64,000 bases of DNA from the human T2T-CHM13v2.0 reference genome, Homo sapiens. The stretch lies in NCBI RefSeq assembly GCF_009914755.1, contig NC_060938.1; one strand, 5' to 3'. Of the stretch, positions 52,548 through 64,000 are shown in pieces. How positions within the stretch are numbered: position 1 is the stretch's first letter; each line of letters starts with the position of its first letter. The notes beneath the pieces are model-generated. The model worked only from the letters and a program-made list of their open reading frames with translations. It searched no databases and was not told the origin of the DNA. A program made the position numbers and the translations under genes.

Positions 52548-54082
52548 CACTCATAACACACACACTGCACACACGACACCATGTGCACCCGCACACACAC
52601 CTCACACACAGACACCACACAAACAGCACACACCATGTGCACATGCACACACACCCCACACACAGACACCATACACTGCACACACACCATGTGCACACAC
52701 ACCCCCCACAGATACCAAACAGCACACACACCATGTGCACACGCACACACACCCCACAACACACACTGCACACACCCCACACACACCACATCCACTGCAC
52801 ACACACCATTTGCACATGCACACACCCCATACAGACCCCACACACTGCACACACACCATGTGCACATGCACACACCCCACAGACACCACACACACTGCAC
52901 ACACCATGCCATGTGCACGCATGCACCCCAGACACCACACACACTGCACACAAACACCATGTGCACACATGCACCCCACACACACCACACACCAGACACC
53001 ACACTACACACACGCCATGTGCACACACACACACCCACATACACACCACACACTGCACACACCAAGTCATGTGCACATGCACAACACCTCACATGCAGAA
53101 GCCACACACAATGCATACACACCATGTACACACGCACACACACCACACACCATGCACGTGCACACACACCCCACAGACACCACACTGTACACACAACCAA
53201 GACACCACACACACTGCACACGCACCTCACACACACTGCACACACCACACCATGTTCACACGTACACACACACCACACACTGCACACACACTGTGTACAC
53301 ATGCACACACCCCAGACACCACCCACACACTGACACCACACACACTGCACACAGCTCACCATGTATACATGCACACACCACACACTCGCACCATGTGCAC
53401 ATGCACACACACCCCAGACACCACACACACAGAGACACCACACTGCACCCACACCATGTATACATGCACACACCCCACACACTGTACACACACCATGTGC
53501 ACATACACACCCCCACAGACACCACATACACCACACAGTATGTGCACATGTGCACACACCCCCACACCACACACATGAATCTACTACACATACATCACAC
53601 ACATACAGCACCACACGCCACATAGACATCACACACCCCTACATACTCCCCACACACACCACACAACCCACACATACTCCCCACACACTGCACACATACC
53701 TACAACACCACACACATAGAGCAAACACATACCTCACATACACACACCACACCACACACATTCTACAAACACATCAAGCACACATCAATCACTACACACA
53801 CTGCACACACACAACACCATACACATAGAAAACACACACATCACATACACCACACACACATATCACATGCACACCACATCACACATAGTACACATACACA
53901 CCACACACACATACACCACAAACACAGCACATATACATGCCATGCACCACCCACATGCTACACACAGTATGCACACATAACACCCACAATACACACCACA
54001 CACACACATATACATACACCATGTACCTACTACACACACAGACCACACACACATATCATGCATACACCTGCACACACCTCAC
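52548..54082. repeat. CA-rich low-complexity/minisatellite tract (~1.5 kb)
   Basis: Recurrent cacacactgcacacacaccatgtgcacatgcacacaccccacagacac motifs that degrade to cacata toward the 3' end. Confidence 0.9.
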
Positions 54083-55641
54083 AGAATACATACAATCCTC
54101 ACTTTTAGAAATTAATTTGGCTTTAAAGGAGCCTGGATAGTAACATATTTTATTGGCGTTTGAGTGAGCGATGAAAATGCATATAAATACACATGCGTAA
54201 CTATGAGGGCACAAGCAGCACTTTCGAAATCACAACATTAGATTAAACCGTGTAATTTTTTTATTGTTTTTAAAAAGTCAACTCTTTCTCATTTTACTAG
54301 AAACTATTTACCAGAGTAAACTAATGAGATTCTTCCTGAGGTCAAAAGACTTTCTGGAAAAACTTCTCCTTGATGAAATTGCACTCAAAACATCACTTCC
54401 ATCGTGAAATATTTCTTTAAGATATTCTTGGTCCTTTTCCTGTTATGTGGAATTGTTCATTCAAATTTTAAAAGTGACTTTGAGATGTTTTTCATCTATT
54501 ATTTAAAAAATGCTGAAGCACTTTTTAATTCTGCCTTAAGCAGAGATCGACACACTCTGATTATGATGTAAAACTGAACACGTTACTCTGACAGTCTTTC
54601 TCCTCTGCAGCGCAGCTACCATCATTATTAATAAGGATTGAATGATTTTACTCCATGCACAATCTATATTCCCTGCTTTATAAAGAATAGAAATCTAATT
54701 CTCACTATGAAGACAGATAAAAGTAATCCCTTCAATCTACAGATGACTGAATCATTTACCAAAGCACTCAGATTTTAAATAACATTTATCAAACGTGTCT
54801 ATATGTCTACATGTATAATTCATATAAAGAACATGTAGTTTAAATCATTGCACATTTTGTGCTTTTAATGAGTTTTGATGTTCATTAATATTTTTATCAC
54901 ATTTCCCCAAAGGTAGGCTAATTACTGTTATTATTTTCAGTTAGAAATATACAATGTATTTTCTATTTTTGATGACTTTGAAACATAACCCTTGGAATAT
55001 AATATCTGTGTATAATATCTGTGGAAAGCATGAAAGTAATATTCAAACAGTATTCATTTTTTCCAAAATGAAAATTTCCTCTACAATAATATTCATCCTT
55101 TTTTCCTGACGGACACATAAAAGTCAACATTTCTAACATTGCTGGACGTTATTTACATTAAACTTGCCTCAGCTTCAGGTGTTGCGAAACTGGGCAAGAG
55201 GCCACAAGGTACACAATACACACACACACACACAAAAAAAACTTGTATTATTATACTTACCTAAGTGTCTAAAGAGGTGGATAAATATATTAGATTGCTC
55301 CAGAACAAGGATTTTTATGGGGCCTATTGGAAAGTATGACTGCAGTTTGAGTGACATGCCTGTAAGAGATTCAATTTGGCCACTATTTATTGAGTATCCA
55401 ATTTTAAAAGTACTGACAGAAGGCTCATGAGACAGAAATTTTCACCTAATTTCTGTGCTACTAGATGCTGTAGTAAAGAGTGGTGTGGTAGTTGTAAAAC
55501 ACATCTGATATCTAAACCTTTGTTTGTTTTTTACCTGAAATCTTTATGGGGGTAATTGTGTATGTCAATTTGAATCTTCTCATCAACAAGATAAATAAAT
55601 AAATAGCCAGCCTGCCTCAATAAATTAGTTCACCTTTTCGG

Positions 55642-55985
55642 CAGTGCTTCTCCTCCTTTGACAGCCACAAGATTCACCCGGGGATCTCCTTAAAATGCAA
55701 AACCATAGACCACACTTTGACTAGCTTGGATAAGGGGACAGAGCATTGAAATGAGTGTGTAGGTGACTGTGCTAAGATTCTGCTGCTCATCTGGGCACTG
55801 GCTCACCATATAAACAAAGCTTAGGACCTCTAGTCCTTGCTGGAAAAGAAATACACATACATAGGATGTGACTATGGATATGGAATGTCTGTTGTGTTCT
55901 GGACATTGTGCTAGACAACAGAGATAAGAAGTCAAATAATCCCTTGTCTCTATCTGAAAAGAGCTTCCTACACAGTGGTTTCTGA
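55642..55985 (+). repeat. Left arm of a ~340-bp inverted duplication
   Basis: Reverse-complement match to 57508-57840, e.g. ccacactttgactagc / gctagtcaaagtgtgg and gcttaggacctc / gaggtcctaagc. Confidence 0.9.
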
Positions 55986-56209
55986 GATCTTTGAAACTAG
56001 ATTCACTTTCAGATTTGATTGTTATATTTATGATTTGATATTTTCATTGAACCCCATGATATGATAAAGTTTTCCAGAACCTGCTAGAACAATTGACTTT
56101 GCTTTCAACATTATGAAGCCACTGGGGCATATAAGTAGTTCATTTATGTTTGTATTTAACCAGACAGGAACAAGTTGAGCTACTTTTCTAGCCACCTTCG
56201 TTTAGAGTT

Positions 56210-56486
56210 TTTTTTTTTAGTTATTTTTGTTTGTTTGTTTTTGAAACGGGTCTCACTCTGTCACATAGGCTGCAATGCAGTGGCATGATCAGAGCTCACT
56301 GCAGCTTCTACCTTCTAGGCTCAAGCAATCCTCTCACCTCAGCCTCCTGAAAAGCTGCGACCACAGGCTCATACCACCATACTCAGCTAATTAAAAATAT
56401 TTTTTTGTAGAGACAGGGTTTTTCCATGTTTCCTAGACTTGTCTCCAACTCCTGAGCTCAAGCAATCTGTCTGCCTCAACCTCCTA
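56210..56486 (-). mobile_element. AluJ-like
   Basis: Antisense, diverged Alu. Confidence 0.85.
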
Positions 56487-56895
56487 ACTTGTAGAGCTGT
56501 GTTTTTAGTCCGTTTTGAGCTGTTTTACAATGCAGTTTTGAATTGATAAATTTGGATTCATTCTAATATTTACAGATTTAACATCCTACTTCACAAGATG
56601 CTCTAGCCTTGATCGATTACAGCCGCTGCCTCATCCATCTCTGCTCATAGCCTTGATCCATTACAGTAGCCACCTTGTCCATCTCTGCTCATAGCCTAAA
56701 CTAATAGAAGCCAGAGGGAAGAAATGGAAGCCAACATGAGTCCAGAACACACATTTTATAAGAGCATAAGAAATTTAAAAATAGCAAAGTATATCATGAA
56801 GTTTTTAATAGATATGTGTGGCTAAAATTTATTCTTAATCAATATATTCTATAAATTGGGAGAAAATATTAAACACATGAAAAGTAAGGAATTTG

Positions 56896-57230
<335 letters not shown>

Positions 57231-57507
57231 CTAATATGATGAGAATGTGGATTATGTTTTTATCTTTGCAAGATTTAGGAACATTTAGTGGAAGGAGGAA
57301 GAATTTATAATCATGGGGAGCATGTATGATACTGGAGGGACACTTCTGACAAGGGGGAAATGGCATCACGAGGTATGCTATGGTCATAGCTATGTGGGAG
57401 CGCAGCTAGCTGTGATCTCCCTCATCAAACCCACTGGGCAGTGTTCAGTTACCAACATTGAGATAGAGCTCACCCACCCAGGACAGAAGAGAAAATATAC
57501 ACTGCAG

Positions 57508-57840
57508 TCAGAAGCCACTGAGAAGGAAGCTCCTTTCAGATAGAGGCAAGGAATATTTGACTCTTTATCTCTAGTGTCTAGTACAATGTCCAGAACACAA
57601 CAGATATTCCATATGCACAGTCACATCCTATGTATCTGTATTTCTTTTCCAGCAGGGACTGGAGGTCCTAAGCTTCGTTAATATGGTGAGCCAGTGCCCA
57701 CATGAACAGTAGCATCTTAGCACTGTCACCAGGACATCCATTTAAATGCTCTTATCTTAGCTAGTCAAAGTGTGGACTATGAGTTTGCATTTTAATAAAT
57801 CCACGGGTGAATCTTGTGAATGTTACAGAGGAAGCACTGT
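57508..57840 (-). repeat. Right arm of the inverted duplication
   Basis: Reverse complement of 55642-55985. Confidence 0.9.
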
Positions 57841-58345
57841 CCTACATCATATGTGACAGGCTCTCATACTCACCATCATCACGGGATCTTGTACATGTTA
57901 CAGGGAAGCACTGTCCTACATCATATGTGATGGGCTCTCATAGTCACCATCATCACGGGAATCTTGTGCATGTTAGAGGGAAGCACTGTCCTACATCGTA
58001 TGTGACAGGATCTCATAGTCACCATCATCACAGGAATCTAGTGCATGTTACAGAGGAAGCACTGGGGCTCTACATCATATGTGATAGGCTGTCATAGTCA
58101 CCATTATCACGGGAATCTTGCGCATGTTACAGAGGAAGCACTGCCTACATCATAGGTGACAGGATTATAGTCACCATCACCATGGGAATCTTGCGCATGT
58201 TTACAGGGAAGCACTGTCCTACATCGTATGTGACAGGCTCTCATAGTCACCGTCATCACGGGAATCCTGCACATATTACAGGGAAGCACTGGGGTCCTAC
58301 ATCATATGTGACAGGCCCTCATAGTCACCATCACCATGGGAAGCT
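57802..58345. repeat. Minisatellite, about 7 x ~75 bp
   Basis: Unit cacgggaatcttgtgcatgttacagggaagcactgtcctacatcatatgtgacaggctctcatagtcaccatcat. Starts at about 57802, 57880, 57954, 58029, 58108, 58181 and 58257. Confidence 0.92.
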
Positions 58346-59899
58346 GCATTTAGAGCCTTTAACTATATGGGCTTTGAAATCAGATGACTTAGGTTTAGAC
58401 TTCCTTCTACTTCTTACTAAGCAGAGAACTCTGGGGTGAAAACTTTACGAGACCCAGTTTTATCATGTCCAAATTGGAGGCATGGGGAAATTATAGCATT
58501 TTGCATGGAATATTGTTTTAAGTATAAAATGAAATACTACATAGGAAGCTTCTGCCATACCTTAACTGCACAATAAATATTAGTTAATATTAACTCATTT
58601 AATCCTAAGAAGAGGTCTATAAATTTGTACACAATAATTTTTTGTGGCTCCCAAATTTTCATAATTAATCTAGATTTAAAATCAAGGAATGTTCTTACTT
58701 GTAGTTGGCAATCAATATGACATGCCAAAATTATATGTAACTATTTTATTGTTGGTGGGGATATAAGAAATTTGCCACCAAAAGAGAGAAGATAATCTAT
58801 GTTTGCAGACTCCAGAAAGCTGTCTCTCACATAAGAGTTTGCAATTTCTGGGGGAAAATAAGAAAAAGTTGATTGTGCAAATAAACATTACCATAGAGTC
58901 TTCCCTATGGCAACATCAAAAATGAAAGCTGATTCTCATCTTCCTAACAATCTGCAAAGATGAGTGAAATGCAACCTACTGAGCATCAAGTTAAAGAAGG
59001 AGAGCTCTTGAGTGGCACAGGAGGAAATCATGTCACCACTAGCAAAATCAATATGACCAGTGCTCCTCTGCCCTCCTCCGAGGCTAAGGATGGGTTAAAT
59101 ATCAGTGGCTGACCTCAGATAATGGAATGAGCAAAAAAGCTATAAAAATGCATGCATTACATAATTAAGAGGGTGGGAAGGGATTTTTTTAAAAAGGCAA
59201 TTCCTACTCGGGTTCCTTCCTGTTCACCCTATTGGCGAAGAAGCTAGTCTTGCCCTAGAATTCTGGGAATGGCTGCAGGCAAAACAAACACTGAGCAGAT
59301 GAAATTCAAAGTAATTCATTCGTCACACATACTCAGCCCAGCAGGGGATGACACTGCATCTATGCAGGTCTACCCGGGGGTTGCGCTCTGGAGCAGAGGG
59401 TGTGGGAGACAGGCTTGATAGAAATCAGAAGGTGGGGTAACCCCTGGTCCCTTCAGGGATGTGCTTGACTAATTCAGAGTTTTGCAGTCTGGTGGGGGCA
59501 TGAAAGCCATTAGGCTGAGGACATGGTGGGGTGCTTCATGAAATTTTAGGTGTCACAATACAATTGACCCTGATGCTTTAACATCAGACATTTATTTTAA
59601 TGATGACTAATATTTTGAGAGGCTGAGAGAAGGCTGTTGAGGCATTGTAATAAGTGCTTAGGGACATGAGAAATTAAGAAGGCCACAGTTATGAGTAATG
59701 AAATGTGGAAGCTGATGCAAAGCTACTGCCCCCATTTGTTTAGCAGGAGGCAGGAAAACTGATCTGGGGTCTCTGGCAGCACAAGCATGTTGATAAATAT
59801 TTGGGTGATGTCATACATTCCCCATGCATTGGTTTAGAGATCTGGAGTCTCTGGCAGCATAAGCGTGTTCATAAATATTTGGGTGACGTCATGTATCCC

Positions 59900-62020
<2,121 letters not shown>

Positions 62021-62084
62021 GGCACAAAAAAGAAAATGGTAGCCAAATCTATAACAACAAAATATTTACCAGTTGCATGAATAT

Positions 62085-62500
62085 ATATAGGTTTATTATA
62101 AGGAATTGGCTCATGTGGTTATGGAGGCTAAGAAGTCCCAGGACCTGCAGTCAGCAAGCTGGAGACCCAGGACTGCCAATGTTGGAGTTCCAGTTGAAGC
62201 CTAAAGTCCTGAGAACAAGGAAAGCTGATGGCATCAGTTAGAGTCCACGTCTGACTTCAATCTACGTCTCAGCTCTGAAATCATCAGACAAAGAGAGTGA
62301 ATTCTCTCTTCCTCTACTTTTGTGTTTCATTTGAGTTTTTAATGGATTGGATGAGGTCCACTCACATTGGGGAGGGCAACTACTTTACTAAGTCTACATA
62401 GTCAAATATTCATCTCATCAAGGAACACCCTCACAGACATATCCAGAGTGTTTAACCAAATCTCTAGGCAACCCAACTTGGCAAATAAAATGAACCATCA
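62085..62500 (-). mobile_element. MLT1-type MaLR LTR
   Basis: ggaattggctcatgtggttatggaggct...gctggagacccagg...aaccatca. Confidence 0.7.
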
Positions 62501-62534
62501 AAGGTGAAAGATGCATACGATCTGAGGAGAAACC

Positions 62535-64000
62535 AGAGATGCAGGACGGTTAAACATATGCAAGTCAATAAATGTGATACACCATATAAAGAGAATTAAA
62601 AACAAAAATCACATGATCATCTCAATACATGCAGAAAAAGGATTTGACAAAATCCAGCATCGCTTTATGCCTAAAATCCTCAGCAAAATCGACATAGAAA
62701 AAGCATTTGACAAAATCCAGAATCCCTTTATGATTAAAACCCTCAGCAAAATCAATATCGAAGGGACATACCTTAAGGTAATAAAAGCCATATATGACAA
62801 ACACACAGCCAACATTATACAGAATGGGGAAAATTTGAAAGCATTCCCCCTGAGAACTGGAACAAGACAATGATTCCAACCTTCACCACTTCTATTCAAC
62901 ACAGAACTAGAAGTTCTAGCCAGAGCAATCAGATAAGAGAAATAAAGGGCATCCAAATCGGTAAAGAGGAAGTCGAACTGTCACTCTTTGCTGATGACAC
63001 GATCGTATACCTAGAAAGCCCTAAAGACACATCCCAAAAGCTACTAGAACTGGTAAATGAATTCAGCAAAGTTTCAGGATACAAAATTAATGTACACAAG
63101 TCAGTGGCTCTGCTATACAGTAATAGTGAACAAGCTGAGAATTAAATAAAAAACTCACCCCCTTTTACAATAGCTGCAATAAAAACCTTAGGAATATTAT
63201 AATTCTTATAATTATAATAGTATATTCCTATAATTGTCAATTGCATGCAATCTTTGCAGACAAAATCTTAATTATATCCGGAATACTTAACCAAAGAGAC
63301 AAAAGACCTCTACAAGGAAAACTACAAAACACTGCTGATAGAAATCATAGACACAAACAAATGGAAACGTATCCCATGCTCAAGGATGGGTACAATCAAT
63401 ATTGTGAAATACCATACTGCCAAAAGCAATCTACAAACTCAATGCAATCCCCATTAAAGTACCAACATCAGTCTTCACAGAACTACAAAAATTCACATGG
63501 AACTAAAAAAGACATAGAAGGGACATACCTTAAGGTAATAAAAGCCTAGAACCAAAAAAGAGTCTGTATAGCCAAAGCAAGACTAAGCAAAAAGAACAAA
63601 TCTAGAAGCTGACTTCAAACTATACTAGAAGGCCATAGTCACCAAAACAGCATGGTACTGGTATAAAAATAGCCATATAGATCAATGTAACATAATAGAG
63701 AACCCAGAAATAAAGCCAAATACTTATAGTCATCTAATCTTCAACAAAACAAACAAAAACATAAAGCAGAGAAAAATACCCTATTCAACAAATGGTGCTG
63801 AGATAAATGGCAAGCCACACATAGAAGAATGAAAGTGGATGCTCATTTCTCACCCTATTCAAAAATCAACTCAAGATGGATCAAGGACTTAAATCTAATA
63901 CCTGAAACCATAAAAGTTCTAGAAGACGACATTGGAAAAACTCTTCTAGACATTGGCTTAGGCAAAGACTTCATGACCAATAACCCAAAAAGCAAATGCA
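62535..64000 (+). mobile_element. L1 ORF2 fragment (older L1P/L1PB), running off the window end
   Basis: [16 protein letters not shown] and LFADD peptides, disrupted. Confidence 0.88.

Noticed and set aside
52216-53632. 469-aa His/Thr-rich ORF and overlapping Cys/Val-rich ORFs
   Set aside because: They arise from the CA-rich tract, which lacks stop codons in most frames. There is no domain structure.
54130-55150. AT-rich unique sequence, possibly a pseudogene 3' UTR
   Set aside because: I could not identify an ORF, splice pattern or parent gene from the sequence alone.
57802-58345. Regular repeat array resembling CRISPR, with His-rich peptides
   Set aside because: Whole units repeat with no unique spacers, there are no cas genes, and the DNA is primate. 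It is a minisatellite.

Overview
Primate (human-like) genomic DNA made almost entirely of nested repeats. It reads as a pericentromeric or subtelomeric segmental-duplication mosaic, and I find no intact protein-coding gene. 1-7 kb is a decayed ERV1 provirus on the minus strand, interrupted by THE1, Alu and a solo HERV-K LTR5. 8-30 kb is one old, near full-length minus-strand L1 that hosts MST elements, Alus, a CER-satellite fragment, a full-length young L1PA with apparent 5' and 3' transductions, and a 3'-truncated L1PA. 31-42 kb holds old LTR/L1 pieces and one orphan exon-like segment. 42.3-48 kb is a CpG-rich chimera: about two decayed 5S rDNA repeat units, one with a nearly intact Pol III promoter, fused to an inverted D4Z4 fragment carrying a homeodomain-less DUX4 remnant cut off at a Tigger1. 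48-64 kb holds Tigger1 with a triplicated end, a 1.5-kb CA-rich tract, a ~340-bp inverted duplication whose right end seeds a 75-bp minisatellite, ERVL pol remnants and an L1 with templated-insertion scars. I cannot support a new biological system. The best leads are the 5S/D4Z4 chimera, the doubly transduced L1 and several template-switch scars. Repeat subfamily names come from recalled consensus sequences, not from a search.
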